64,000 bases of DNA from Malacoraja senta (lineage: Eukaryota): assembly GCA_038087875.1 (NCBI GenBank), contig CM075994.1:4776001-4840000 (forward strand), in the 5' to 3' direction. Numbering within the stretch: the first letter of the stretch is position 1; each line of letters starts with the position of its first letter. The notes under the pieces were generated by a model. That model was not told the DNA's origin and did no database searches. It saw only the letters and a program-made list of their open reading frames with translations. The translations under genes and the position numbers were made by a program. Below, piece after piece: positions 25,602-39,245 of this stretch.

Positions 25602-28570
25602 TTAGTGTCCCGTACCTGCCTTCTCTCCATACCCCCTGATCCCCTTAGCCACAAGGGCCACATCTACCTCCCTCTTAAATATAGCCAATGAACTGGCCTC
25701 AACTACCCTCTGTGGCAGAGAGTTCCAGAGATTCACCACTCTCTGTGTGAAAACGTTTTTCCTCATCTCGGTCCTAAAGGATTTCCCCCTTATCATTAAG
25801 CTGTGACCCCTTGTCCTGGACTTCCCAACATCGGGAACAATCTTCCTGCATCTAGCCTGTCCAACCCCATAAGAATTGTGTACGTTTCTATAAGATCCCC
25901 TCTCAATCTGCTAAATTCTAGCGAGTATAAGCCAAGTCTATCCAGTCTTTCTTCATATGAAAGTCCTGACATCCCAGGAATCAGTCTGGTGAACCTTCTC
26001 TGCACTCCCTCTATGGCTATAATGTCCTTCCTCAGATTTGGAGACCAAAACTGTACGCAATACGCCAGGTGTGGTCTCACCAAGACCCTGTACAACTGCA
26101 GTAGAACCTCCCTGCTCCTATACTCAAATCCTCTTGCTATGAAGGCCAACATACCATTCGCTTTCTTCACTGCTTGCTGCACCTGCATGCCTACTTTCAA
26201 TGACTGGTGTACCATGACACCCAGGTCTCGCTGCATCTCCCTATTTCCTAATCGGCCACCATTTAGATAATAGTCTGCCTTCCCGTTTTTGCCACCAAAG
26301 TGGATAACCTCACATTTATCCACATTATACTGCATCTGCCAAACATTTGCCCACTCACCCAGCCTATCCAAGTCACCTTGCAGTCTCCCAGCATCGTCCT
26401 CACAGCTAACACTGCCCCCCCCCCCCAGCTTAGTGTCATCCGCAAACTTGGAGATGTTGCTTTCAATTCCCACGTCCAGATCATTAATATAAATTGTAAA
26501 TAGCTGGTGTCCCAGCACCGAGCCTTGCGGTACCCCACTAGTCACTGCCTGCCATTGTGAAAAGGACCCGTTTACTCCTACTCTTTGCTTCCTGTTTGCC
26601 AGCCAGTTCTCTATCCACATCAATACTGAACCCCCAATACCGTGTGATTTAAGTTTGTATCCTAATCTCTTATGTGGTACCTTGTCGAAAGCCTTCTGAA
26701 AGTCCAGATACAACACATCCACTGGTTCTCCCCTATCCACTCTACTAGTTACATCCTCGAAAAATTCTATGAGATTCGTCAGACACGATTTACCTTTCGT
26801 GAATCCATGCTGACTTTGTCCAATGATTTCACCACTTTCCAAATGTGCTGCTATCCCATCTTTAATAACTGACTCTAGCAGTTTCCCCACTACCGATGTT
26901 AGACTAACTGGTCTGTAATGCCCCGTTTTCTCTCTCCCTCCCTTCTTAAAAAGTGGGGTTACGTTTGCTACCCTCCAATCCTCAGGAACTACTCCAGAAT
27001 CTAAGGAGTTTTGAAAAATTATCACTAATGCATCCACTATTTCTGGAGCTACTTCCTTAAGTACTCTGGGATGCAGCCTTTCTGGCCCTGGTGATTTATC
27101 GGCATTTAATCCATTCAATTCACCCAACACCACTTCCCGACTAACCTGGATTTCACTCAGTTCCTCCATCTCCTTTGACCCGCGGCCCCCTGCTATTTCC
27201 GGCAGATTATTAATGTCTTCCTCAGTGAAGACGGAACCAAAGTAGTTATTCAATTGGTCCGTCATATCCTTGTTCCCTATGATCAATTCACCTGTTTCTG
27301 ACTGCAAGGGACCTACATTTGTTTTAACTAATCTCTTTCTCTTCACATATCTATAAAAACTTTTGCAGTCAGTTTTTATGTTCCCTGCCAGTTTCCTTTC
27401 ATAATCTATTTTCCCTTTCCTAATTAAGCCATTTGTCCTCCTCTGTTAGTCTCTGAATTTCTCCCAGTCCTCTGGTATGCTGCTTTTTCTGGCTAATATG
27501 TACGCATCATCTTTTGCTTTGATACTATCCCTGATTTCCCTTGTTACCCACGGATGCACTACCTTCCCTGATTTATTCTTTTGCCAAACTGGGATGAACA
27601 ATTTTTGTAGTTCATCCATGCAGTCATTAAATGCCTTCCATTGCATATCCACCGTCAACCCTTTTAGAACTAATTGCCAGTCAATCTTGGCCAATTCACG
27701 TCTGATACCCTCAAAGCTACCTTTCTTTAAGTTCAGAACCGTTGTTTCTGAATTAACAATGTCACTCTCCATCCTAGTGAAGAACTCAACCATATTATGG
27801 TCACTCTTGCCCAAGGGGGCACGCACAACAAGACTGCTAACTAACCCTTCCTCATTCCTCAATACCCAGTCTAGAATAGGCTGCTCTCTCGTTGGTTCCT
27901 CTACATGTTGGTTTAGATAACTATCCCGCATACATTCCAAGAAATCCTCTTCCTCAGCACCCCAGCCAATTTGATTCACCCAATCTATATGTAGATTGAA
28001 GTCACCCATTATAACTGTTTTGCCTTTGTTGCACGCATTTATAATTTCCTGTTTGATGCCATCCCCAACTTCACTACTACTGCTAGGTGGCCTGTACACA
28101 ACACCCACCAGCGTTTTCTGCCCCTTAGTGTTTCGCAGCTCTACCCATACCGATTCCACATCCTCCAAGCTATTGTCCATCCTTTCCACTGCGTTAATCT
28201 CCTCTCTAACCAGCAACGCCACCCCAACTCCTTTTCCTTTCTCTCTATCCCTCCTGAATATTGAATATCCCTGGATGTTCAGCTCACAGCCTTGGTCACC
28301 CTGGAGCCATGTCTCCGTGATCCCAACTATATCATAATCATTAATTGTTATCTGCACGTTCAACTCATCCACCTTATTACGAATGCTCCTTGCATTGAGA
28401 CACAAAGCCTTCAGGCTTGTCTTTACAACGCTCTTACCCCTTATACAATTATGTTGAGAAGTGGCTCTTTTTGATTTTTGCCCTGGATTTGTCTGCCTGC
28501 CACTTTTACTTTTCACCTTGCTACCTATTGCTTCCGCCCGCACTTTACACCCCTCTATTTCTCTGCTCAC
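25602..28570 (-). pseudogene. CR1 ORF2 (APE endonuclease + reverse transcriptase)
   Basis: CLNARSIRNK, GITETWL, GVVYRPP, MGDFN, SDHN; RT YRPVSLTSVVGK, QHGF, YLDFQKAFDKVPH, GVPQGSVLG, SKFADDTKL. ORFs 27446-28570 and 25796-27346 share a frame, split by one TAA; one frameshift near 25820. Confidence 0.95.
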
Positions 28571-28722
28571 CCATTTAAGAACCCCACCACCTCTTATTCT
28601 CTGTTTATTATTGTTTTCTTCTTTCCCCCCTGCATGTTGGGTCTGAGTGTTTTCCTTCTCTGCCTCCTACCTCACACACTGTCTAATAGCATTCTCTATT
28701 TGAGTCCCTCCCCCCAACCATT

Positions 28723-29445
28723 CTAGTTTAAAGTCTCCCCAGTGGCCTTTGCAGATCTCCCCGCCAGGATATCGGTCCCCCTCAGGTTCAAGTGCAACCC
28801 ATCCTTTTTGTACAGGTCGAACCTTCCACAAAAGAAGTCCCAATGATCCAGAAATTTGAATCCCTGCCTTCTGCAGCAGTCCTTCAGCCACCCATTTATC
28901 CTCCACCTCGCTCCATTCCTACTCTCACTGTCGCGTGGCACAGGCAGTAATCCCGAGAATGTTACCTTTGCTGTCCTTTTCTTTAACTCCCCTCCTAACG
29001 CCCTAAATTCTCCTTTCAGGACCTCTTCTCTTATTGTACCTATGTCATTGTTACCTATATGTACCACGACCTCGGGCCGGAGGCCCAGCCGCTGTCACTA
29101 CCCCCAGGTAGGCTGTCCACCCCAACAGTGCTCAAACAGGAGAACTTATTGTTCAAGGTGTACAGCCACCGGGGTACTCTCTAGTCCCTGCCTGTGTCCC
29201 TTGCCTCTCCCAACCGTGATCCACTTGCCTGCCTCCTGTGGTGTTGGAGTGACCACATCCCTGTAACTCTTCTCAATGACTTCCTCGCTCTCCCTGACCA
29301 GACGGAGGTCATCGAGCTGCTGCTTCAGGTTCCTAATACGGTCCATTAGGAGCCCCATCTCGATACACTTGGCGCAGATGTGGACGTCTGGAGGGCTATC
29401 AGACTCCATGACTTCCCACATCTGACACCCAGTCCTGCAAGGATA
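28723..29445 (-). pseudogene. CR1 ORF1 (N-terminal zinc finger/leucine zipper + SGNH/GDSL esterase-like), disrupted
   Basis: C..CQMWEV...HICAKC then LxxxIxxLxxxL; VHIGNNDI and DGLHLN esterase-like motifs. Confidence 0.85.
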
Positions 29446-29569
29446 TGTGCTGGGATCTCTGTTGTTAGCGATATACATGAATTATATGAATATATATGTA
29501 GATGGCTTAGTAAGTATCCTTATGACACTAAAGCTGGAGCATTGGAAAACTTTCAGGACTGCTGTCAGA

Positions 29570-30160
29570 AGATACATTCTTACCAGCAGTCTCTCAGTCT
29601 GGTATGGCAGTTGCTCTGCTGCTGACCAGAAGGCCCTACAGAGAGTGGTGAGGACAGCGGAGAAGATCACTAGATCACCCCAACCAGCAATTCAAGACTC
29701 ATACCCATCTCGCTGTCGCAAGAGAGGAACCAATATCATCAAAGACACCACCCACCCAGCACACATACTGTTCACCCTCCTACCATCCGGCAAGCGCTAC
29801 CGCAGCATGCGGAGCAAAACCACAAGATTCAAAAACAGCTTTTTCCCTCAGGCCATCAGACTACTCAACACACTCAAGAAAATTCCATGAACATTACACA
29901 AAGACCAACTGACCGTCAAATTAACTTTAACCCAATGTCTGCAGTATGCTACTTGCACTTTTCTATATTGCACCTTTTATTAATGAATATTTTATATAAT
30001 GTATATGTCCATTGTCTATTTTTATTGGTACACTGTCTGTCTATGTTATAAATATTACTTGCACATTGGAGTATGGAAAAACGCAATTTCAATCCTCTGT
30101 GTAACTAGTTACATTATTTGAATTGACAATAAAATTCCTATTACTATTACTATTACTATT
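29570..30160 (+). mobile_element. 5'-truncated Rex1/Babar-type LINE 3' end
   Basis: ILTSSLSVWYGSC...LQRVVRTAEKI...HPAHILFTLLPSGKRYRS...SFFPQAIRLLN, homologous to 46800-47100; (ttacta)n tail at ~30138-30160. Confidence 0.85.
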
Positions 30161-30320
30161 AAAGCAGAGATAGACAAATACTTGGTTAAAACGGGTGTCA
30201 ATGGTTATGCGGAGAATGCAGGGAAAGGGGATTCGCTGGCAGGGATATGACATGATTCACTAGCGGAGTAGGGTCAATTGGCCGAATGGCTTAATTCAGT
30301 TCCTATCACTTGTAACTTGA
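30161..30320 (+). mobile_element. Degenerate CR1 3' end fragment
   Basis: aaagcagagatagac...ggttatgcggagaatgcagg...ggccgaatggcttaattc; similar to 47677-47855. Confidence 0.65.
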
Positions 30321-31491
30321 AAGTACATGTTGCCACCGTCTCTGGCGGTTGATGGGATCTGTGATTTGACTTTACTGGTGGTGATATTACGAAATACATT
30401 TCCCTCGCTTTCATTTTGACGGATGTATTTGTCACTCAAAAAAAACATCTAATTCAACATCAAATATTAGTCCGGTATCTGAAATAACCACTATCCTTCT
30501 GAAGGCACGGGCAGGTTTTGTGATTCATTTTATATCTAAGACATAAACGATCTATTGATTTGCATGTACTTTATCTGACGAGAACAATGTCACTTGTTTA
30601 ATATTCAGGTATACATTAAAATGTAATTTACAAGAAATAGCACCTATGCCCCCCCCCCACCACCCCCCCCCACACACACACACACTTTGCACATCTCCAA
30701 TCCTGGACTTCCACCCTCACTTTTCATTCATGTTTCCTGCATCTTATATTTTATGACTGTTGCCACTTGGGCAGCGCACTTTCCACCCTGGGATAAATAA
30801 AATTCCATGCGATATGCATAATGTATTCGACCATCCAATGAACGTTCAAGGCTACCGTTCCGCCGGCAAATACGATGGACGCATATGGGTCTACCAGGCA
30901 CGTGCCGTGAGTAATTAGTCAGGGTAGACGGTGGCTTTTAAAAATCTTGAAAAGCGGGCATGCGCAGATTATTCTCTCCCCTGCGAGCAATTAGTCGGCT
31001 TTATTTATTATTTTTAATCGTGGACACCGCGCATGCGCAGTTTGTTCTTTCCCCGCCGAGCAGACAGTCGGCTCTTATAAAAAAACATCGTGGAAACCGC
31101 GCATGCGCAGGTTGTTCTCTCCACGGCGAGCTATGTCGGCTTAAAAAAATTGGAAATAGAGCATGCGCAGATTGTTCTCACGACTTTTATCAAGAAATTT
31201 GTCTTCAATACATGCTATCTCCAACTAAAGTATTTTAAAACATATAGCTCAAAGAAATGTACTTACCATATTATTTGTACACGAAATCCATCCTTCTCTC
31301 TTTGTTTGCAGCAAAAATATCCATAATATTTTCTTAAAAATTAGCAGTGGGACTTTGCTCCATCTGAGTAAATATTTCCTTTTCGATAGGAATTGAAGGA
31401 AGTAATGAAAGCCTTTTAGTGACCATTCTATTCCTGGTGAAGCTTTTAGTTATTTTCAAAGCCGAAAATGATCTCTTAACAGAAAATGCTG

Positions 31492-33280
31492 TATAACCAT
31501 ATAACCATATAACAATTACTGCACGGAAACAGGCCATCTCGGCCCTTCTAGTCCGTGCCCATTTTTAAAAGCCACTCTCACCTAGTCCCATCTGCCTGCA
31601 CTCGGACCATAACCCTCCATTCCTTTCCCGTCCATATACCTATCCAATTTATTTTTAAATGATAAATTCGAAGCTGCCTCCACCACTTCCACTGGAAGCT
31701 CATTCCACACAGCTACCATTCTCTGAGTAAAAGTTCCCCCTCATGTTACCCTTAAACTTTTGTCCATTCATTCTCAAATCATGTTCTCTTGTTTGAATCT
31801 TCCCTACTCTCAATGGAAAACGCTTATCCACGTCAACTCTGTCTATCCCTCTCATAATTTTAAAGACCTCTATCAAGTCCCCCCTTAACCTTGTGTGCTC
31901 CAAAGAATAAAGACCTATCTTGTTCAACTTTTCTTTGTAACTTAGGTGCTGACACCCAGGCAACATTCTTGTAAATCTCCTTTGTACTCTCTCTATTTTG
32001 TTGACATCTTCCTATAATTTGGCGACCAAAATTGTACACCATATTCCAGAATTGGCCTCACCAATGCCTTCTACAATTTTAACATCACATCCCAACTTCT
32101 ATACTCAATGCTCTGATTTATAAAGACCAGCACACCTAAAGCTGGCTTTACAACCCTATCTACATGCGATTCCACCTTCAGGGAACTATGCACAGTTATT
32201 CCTAGATCCCTCTGATCAACTGAATTCCTCAATTCGCTACCATTTATCATGTACGTTCTATTTTGATTTGTCGTGCAAAGATGTAGCACCTCACACTTAT
32301 AAGCATTAAACTCCATCTGCCATTTTCCCGCCAATCTTCCAAGTGGCTTAAATCTCTCTGTAGACTTCGAAAATCTACTTCATCGTCCACAACACCACCT
32401 ATCTTAGTGTCATCTGCATACTTACTTATCGAATTTACCACACCATCATCCACATCATTGATCTATATGACAAACAACAGTGGACCCAACACAGATCGCT
32501 GAGGCACCCCACTACTCACCGGCCTCCAACCTGACAAACAGTTATCCACCATTACACTCTGGTATCTCCCATTCAGCCACTGTTGAATCCATCTTCCTAC
32601 TCCACTATTAATACCCAACTATTGAACCTTCTTAACCAACCTTCCAGGTCGAACCGTGTCAAAGGCCTTATTGAAGTCCATATAGACAACATCCACCGCT
32701 TTACCCTCATCAATTTCCCTAATAACCTCTTCAAAACACTCAAGAAGATTAGTCAAACATGACCTTCCAGGCATAAATCCATGTTGACAGTTTCAAATTA
32801 GACCCTGTTTATCCAGATGATTATATATATTATCTCTAAGTATCCTTCCCATTAATTTGCCCACCACTGACGTCAAACTATCAGGTCTATAATTGCTAGA
32901 TTTACTCTTAGAACCATTTTTAAACAATGGAACAACATGCGCAGTACGCCAATCCTCCCGAACCATTACCGTTTCTAATGACATTTGAAATATTTCTGTC
33001 ATAGTCCCTGCTATTTCTACACTAACTTCCCTCAATGTCATACGTAATATCCTTTCAGGCCCTGGAGACATCCACGTTTATATTTTTGAAAAGTGTCAGT
33101 ACTTCCTATTCTTTGATCCTCATAGTTTCCATAGCTACTCTACTTGTTTCCCTTACCTCATATAATTCAATATCCTTCTCCTTCGTGAATACCGAAGAAA
33201 ATAATATCTCCCCCATCTATTTTGGCACTGCAGATAGCTGTCCACTCTGACTCTCTAATGGACCAATTTTATCCGTCGTT
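31492..33280 (-). mobile_element. 5'-truncated CR1 (second subfamily) inserted in the hAT dimerisation domain
   Basis: (ttatatgg)n tail; RT motifs NYRPDSLTSVVGK, SKYADDTKIGG, RLRGDLIEVFKI. Confidence 0.9.
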
Positions 33281-34724
33281 CTATCAGGAATTGTTAAAAT
33301 TAATTGTAGCAGCTTCGAGGCTTCAGGGAACGTTTGTTCCAGTCCATTTTGAAATATAAAAACGATTAAATATTTAAATGATTTATCCCGAAACACGTGC
33401 ATTATAATTTCCAGCTAGATCCGCTTTCAGTCTTATGAAATCAAAGTTACTGTATTGTCTGTCTAAACATTATATTGCCTCCTGATCAATTTGACAAGCA
33501 CGTTTTTGAAAGTTGTTTCCATCAACTAGGGAAATGAATTGTAAATTTTTGAAGTCGCTGTATCTTGCTTCTATATTCTTCAATAGATCAACCAATATAA
33601 GTTCAATTATTCGTGCTCTCTCTTCTTTAATTGGACGTTTTGAACGAGATTTTGATTCAGTCAGGTCATTTTCTTTTCAATATTTTTCAACCTTTTCATG
33701 AATGTCATCAAATTATTGGCGCAGATCCTCAAGCGAATGTATTGATTCATTGATTCTTTCAATGTAATAAGGAATATCTATCATTTTAGTTTATAAAATG
33801 TTGTAGAGAGTGTCAGTTTTAATGCAAAAGTTCATTATAAACTGTAGTTTGGGTATTGCATTTGAACCAATCATAGTAGAGTAACATCATTAACCCCACC
33901 TTACCGTATGCGTTATATTATCACCCACTTCCTACATTAGGTAGTCTTGGAAGCAGTAGTGATGAACTAAAAACTAACAACCTGCTGCACCGCTATGTTA
34001 TGTGTAACAATTAAGATGACTTTAAACTCCAGACTTGTGTAATATCAATAATTTACATAAAACATGAATCTTTGTAGAATGTGTGTAGAATCTTTCGTCA
34101 GCCAAGCATAAAACCCATTGCTCCTCACCAATGTTTCAGGATCCCATAATAAAGGATTGATGTTAATGCTGCCGTAACGTTTACAGAGGTCTACATGATA
34201 TTACACAATGGTTTTGATTTGCTTTGAGTTTGAAGTCCATCTGGATGGTGCTGCCTTTGGAATGCGTTTCTGCACCATTTCATCATGAAATTGCGTTCGT
34301 TTTGTAGAATGACTAAACAATGAGGCAAGAGCTTCAATGGTCTTGAAAAGGCATGTACATTCACGTATGGCTTTATCTGACTGAGACAGAATACGATTCA
34401 ACTTATGAGCATAGCAGTGGGTAAATAAAGCTGATGGTGCCTTTTCTCTTACTTTAGCTTGAGCACCATTTAAGTTTCATGCCATTACCATTGCTCCATC
34501 GTATATCTGTGCTACAAGTTTCTCAGCAAAAAAATATATTTGTATAAGTTATTGAATATGCATTATGTTACACTAGTAGCAGTTCTGTCCTTAAGTTTGT
34601 CACAGCCGATGAATAGTTCTTCAATTTCAGAGCCCAGTATATACCGTAATACTGTAGAACACTGAGCTGTATTCTTCTGCATTTATATAGGTCTTCTTCT
34701 GCAGTTGTATAGTTTTTTTTCTGT

Positions 34725-36569
34725 AGTTCAATAGGGCTCTGGTAAGACCACATCTGGAGTATTTCGTACAGACTTGGTCTCCGAATTTGAGGAAGGACAT
34801 CTTTGTGAGTGAGGCAGTGCATCGTAGGTTCACGAGATTCATCCCTGGGTTGCCGGGACTGTCATATTAGTAAGGGTTGGAAAGACTAGACTGTATTCAC
34901 TAGAGTTTACAAGGATGAGGGGGAATCTTATTGAAACATATAACATTATAAAAGGACTGGAGAAGCTAGATGCAGGAAAAATGTTCCCAATGCCTAATCT
35001 TCTGGAATTTTTGGAAGATGTAACTAGGAAAATGGACAAGGGAGAACCAGTGGATGTTGTGTACCTGGACTTTCAGAAAGCATTTGATAAGGTCCCACAT
35101 AGGAGATCAGTGGGCAAAATTAGGGCACATGGTATTGGGGGTAGAGTGCTGACATGGACAGAGAAGTGGTTGGCAGACGGGAAACAAAGAGTAGGGATTA
35201 ACGGGTCCCTTTCATAATGGCAGGCATTGACTAGTGGGGTACCGTAAGGCTCGGTGCTGGGACCGCAGCTATTTACAATATACATCAATGATTTAGATAT
35301 AGGGATTCCATGTATCTTCAGCAAATTTACAGATGACACAAAGCTGGGTGGCAGTGTGAACTGTGAGGAGGATGCTATGATAATGCAGGGTGACAAGGAC
35401 AGGTTGGGGAGCATGGCAGATGATGTTTATTGCGAATAAATGTGAGGTTATCCACTTTGGAAAGAAAAAAACAGGAAGGCAGATGACTATCTAAATGGCG
35501 TCGTTGGGAAAAGGGGAAGTACAACGGGTTCAGGGGGTCCTTGTATAGCAGCCTATGAAAGTAAACATGCAGGTACAGCAGGCAGTGAAGAAAGCGAATG
35601 ACATGTTGACCTTCATAACAAGAAGAATCGAATATAAAAGCATAGTTGTCCTTCTGCAGTTGTACAGAGCCCTAGCGAGAGCACACCTGGAGTATTGTGC
35701 GCAGTTTTGGTCCCCTGATTTGAGGAAGTACATTCTTGCTATTGAGGGAGTGCAGCGTAGGTTTACAATGTTAATTCCCGTGATGGCGGGACCGTCATAT
35801 GCTGAGAGAATGGAGCATGGGCTTGTGCATTCTGCAGTTTAGAACGAGGAGAGGGGATCTCATGGAAACATATAATATTGTTTAGGGTTTGGACAAGTTA
35901 GAGGCAAGAAACATGTTCCCGGTGTTGAGGGAGTCCAGAACCAGGGCCACAGTTTAAGAATAAGGAGTAAGCCATTTAGAACGTAGACGATGAAACACTT
36001 TTCCTCACAGAGTGGTGAGTCTGTGGAATTCTCTGCCTCAGAGGGCGGTGGAGGCAGGTTCTCTGGATGCTTTCAACAGAGAGCTAGATAGGGCTCTTAA
36101 AAACAGCCGGGTCAGGGGATATGGGGAGAAGGAAGGACCATGGTACTGATTGGGGATGAACAGCCATGATCACATTGAATGACGGTGCCGGTTCGAAGGG
36201 CCGAATGGCCTACTCCTGCACCCATTGTCTATTTTCTATTGTCTAATGTTGGCCAAATAGAACCAGGGGCCAAATTGTTAGAATAAAGGGGAGGCTATTT
36301 AAGACTGAGGTGAGAAAAAAAACGTTTTCACCCAGAATGTTGTGAATTAGTGGTATTCCCTGCCACAGAGGGTAGTTGCGGCCAAATAACTGGATGGATT
36401 TAAGAGAGAGTTAGATAGAGCTCCAGGTGATATTGGAATCAAGGGACATGGGGAGGTCAGGCACGGGTTATTGATTGGGGACGATCGGCCATGATGACAA
36501 TGAATGGCAGTGCTGGCTCGACTGGCCGAATGGCCACCTCCTGCACCTATTTTCTATGTTTCTATGTTT
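34725..36569 (+). mobile_element. CR1 3' fragment interrupted by a second CR1
   Basis: 34725-34992 and 36245-36569 join into a continuous match to 51825-52410; (tttctatg)n tail. Confidence 0.85.
34993..36244 (+). mobile_element. 5'-truncated CR1 nested in CR1
   Basis: Begins at NLLEFLEDVT, has YLDFQKAFDKVPH and KFTDDTKL, ends in ttgtctattttctattgtct; flanked by duplicated aatg (34989-34992, 36245-36248). Confidence 0.85.
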
Positions 36570-37030
36570 CAAAATATCAGTGGATTCATCCACTCCTATG
36601 GCAATCAATGGGGCTTTTGCGATCTATTCTTTAATATTATTTTCTACAACTATGCATACTGCTTCAATCAAGTCATTTTGTATCTTGTTACAAATGCCAG
36701 AAAAAACGGATGAACTCTGTAAATGCTGTCCCAATTATTCATCAAATTGTGCTGTATATTTCAGTAACTTCATATCGTTTCAACCAATACCGATTCTTTG
36801 TTTTCATTATCACCGCGAAAAGCAAGTTCTTTTCTGATCAAAAAGCACGTAGCACATATTAACTTTTTTTTGTATCTCTCTGTTCTCCTTAACTTTTTCA
36901 TCGTGAATATCGATGCTACGTTGCTTCTGCTTATCTATGAGCAAGTCGATCCGTGTAGACCCAAATGTCTCCAATGCTATTTCGCTTTAATAATGCGCTG
37001 AAGATCTCTCTTGCTTGTTGAAAGCATTAG

Positions 37031-37170
37031 TCAGTGGTGTGAGATTGCAACCTGCACGTGGTCCGCCCTCTTTCGCCGAATGCATACAACCCGGCGTGCA
37101 CAATCAAGTAAGATCAAATAGAATAAATTGTCCTGCAACTTTAGGCTGTGCACGCCATACGCAAGAAGAA
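37031..37170 (+). mobile_element. 140-bp retroposed 3' fragment with (AAG)n tail
   Basis: 11-bp TSD gaaagcattag (37020-37030, 37171-37181); ends gcaagaagaa; interrupts the hAT transposase. Confidence 0.75.
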
Positions 37171-38285
37171 GAAAGCATTAGACAAATTATTCGAATCATT
37201 CTCTCCATCTGCTACTCATACAATTCCACTAGATGCAGAAAACAACAGGCACGAGAAACAAAACAGTATATATGTTGAAATACAACGGTATAGCCACTCT
37301 TTCCTGTTTTACCAAGTTTTTTGAAATGTCCTAATTATTTTGGTTCCTTTGCGCTGTTGAAGTTCTTTAAGTTCCGGCATTGGTCTGCCATTTTTAATTA
37401 TTTAGGTCATTTTCTCGTACGTTTGCTTCGAGAAACGTTTAACGTAATCACTATCCATCTTTGAAAAAAACGCCAAGAAACTTGCGCGTGCGCACGCGCA
37501 GTAAGCTGGAGCGCATGTGCAGTGCGAAGCGCAGCACATGCACACATTCCACGGTGTACAGGCATAATTTCAGCTGCCTTTACGGACCGTTCCCACTGAT
37601 GGCTTGAAGCATCGTCGACGGCACGTTCTGCGGATGAAAGGCACGGGAGAATTATGCCTCCCTACAAGATCGATCTCTTATAGGAAACCATAATTCTCCC
37701 GTGACTTTACTATTTATGACCATTTTATATATCTTATATATATGTTATATATATAAAATTATGAACATTTTATAATTTTAGTCAGGGTAGGCACGGCCTA
37801 ACTTGCCTACTATGACGGCACGTGCCTGGGGTCTACCATGCTGTAATTGGCCACATATATCTAAAGTCATTAAAATGGATACAAAAGGTATCATCGTATC
37901 AAAATATCAAAAGGCATGCAAATCGCCAGTCTATATATTTTTTTTAATTAATTTCCAAAGCAGCCGAATAATATATGAACTGAAATATTAGTTGTCGAAA
38001 TAAGTAAACATATATGTCAGAAAATGAACACAATGGAGGTAGATCATGACATTGGAACGCAAGTGACTGTCTGGATTTCAACTCATGACAATTTGTACTA
38101 TGTGAGATTTTAAGTGTAAATAAGACGTTGTTTTATCGTATAGCTAACCAGATAATCGTGTACGTCACAAATCATGTATATGATGTGATCCAAATCGTGA
38201 CTGTGTAATTCATCAGAACTTTTTATTACAGGAACTACATTTGCTAAATATATGGTTTATTATCATTCACTTAATCCTTGAACAT

Positions 38286-38314
38286 AATCAATCAATCAAT
38301 CAATCAATCAATCT

Positions 38315-38383
<69 letters not shown>
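38286..38383. repeat. (TCAA)n microsatellite, ~24 units
   Basis: Direct; one tcta interruption. Confidence 0.97.
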
Positions 38384-39245
38384 GCACTTTATTTATCCCC
38401 GAGGGGAACTTCAAACAATTCATTAAATCTGCACCGACCGGTCGACCGCATGAGCAGTGACCCGGCAAGGATTGGGTTGTCAGCAGCGATACAATAATAA
38501 AGAACACACAAAAAGGAACACAAACATCCACCACAGCATTCATCACTGTGGTGGAAGGCACACAAATTTGGCCAGTCCTCCTCCATTTCCCGCCCCCCCC
38601 CCCCCGTGGACAGGACCAGAGTCCAGAGTCAGTCCAGGATCGGCTCTTCCTCACCGGAGACCGCGGCTTTAGATTGTTGTGGGACGCAGGCCGGCGGTCA
38701 AGATTTAAAGTCCCCGCCGCAGCCAGAAGCACCGTAGACTGCAGGGTCGGCGGTCGAAGCTCCCCTCCAGGAGTGATGGTAAGTCCATGCCGGCCCCGCG
38801 ATAGAAGTTGGCCGCGGGCCGGCAATGATGGCTTCTTCTACCCCCGGGTCCCCCACGAGGGATCCCGGGCTGTAGACGCCGCACCAACTGGAGCTCTGCA
38901 CACCGCGGCTTCAGGCTGCGACTTCAGGCTGCCGGTTTCCCCGGGCCAGCGAAACGGAGCGCTCCCCTCCAGCGAGCCCCAACGAGGGTTCACTCGCTCC
39001 ACGCCGAGAGTCCACTCTGCGCCCGCCGCTGAAGCCCCGGGCACGTCTCCGGGAAAGGCCGCGCCGATCCTTGATGTTAGGCCACGGGGGAGGCGACCTG
39101 GAAAAAGTCGCCTCTCCATGGAGGAGGCGACCGAAGCGGTTTCCCCCTTACCCCCCCCCCCACACCACCCCCCACACAAAACACACAAATAAACATTAAA
39201 TACACATTTTAAAACATACTAAAAATAAAAAATAAAGTTGAAAAC
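38384..39245 (-). mobile_element. Unclassified GC-rich interspersed repeat, probably a retroposon whose tail is the (TTGA)n tract
   Basis: Minus strand ends cctcggggataaataaagtgc(ttga)n, a LINE-like 3' end (compare ccctgggataaataaaa at ~30787); CpG-rich body contrasts with AT-rich flanks. Confidence 0.5.

Larger units (their letters stand above)
25503..29445 (-). mobile_element. Near full-length, young CR1 LINE
   Basis: 3' tail of 8-bp tctatg-containing repeats at ~25503-25522; ORF2 nearly intact; ORF1 remnants upstream. Confidence 0.95.
31330..37391 (-). pseudogene. Fragmented hAT transposase
   Basis: Motifs in order: WLY...LFCFSCLLF (TTF-type Zn finger, ~37290-37230); ELAFRGDNE (DUF4371-like, ~36830); VDESTDI (~36590); AQIYDGA (~34510); THCYAHKLN (~34420); PSRW (~34240); FPEASKLLQLILTIP (~33330-33285); SVKRSFSALK...RNRM (dimerisation domain, ~31480-31380). 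Confidence 0.88.
30895..37828 (-). mobile_element. hAT-superfamily DNA transposon (Tip100/ZMYM1-like transposase) with nested insertions
   Basis: 14-bp TIR CAGGCACGTGCCGT / ACGGCACGTGCCTG; perfect 8-bp TSD gggtctac (30887-30894, 37829-37836); transposase remnants on the minus strand. Confidence 0.93.

Noticed and set aside
25803..28337. Plus-strand ORFs over the CR1
   Set aside because: Antisense shadows of CR1 ORF2.
38548..39192. 214-aa ORF
   Set aside because: GC-rich repeat open in several frames, with no recognisable domain.
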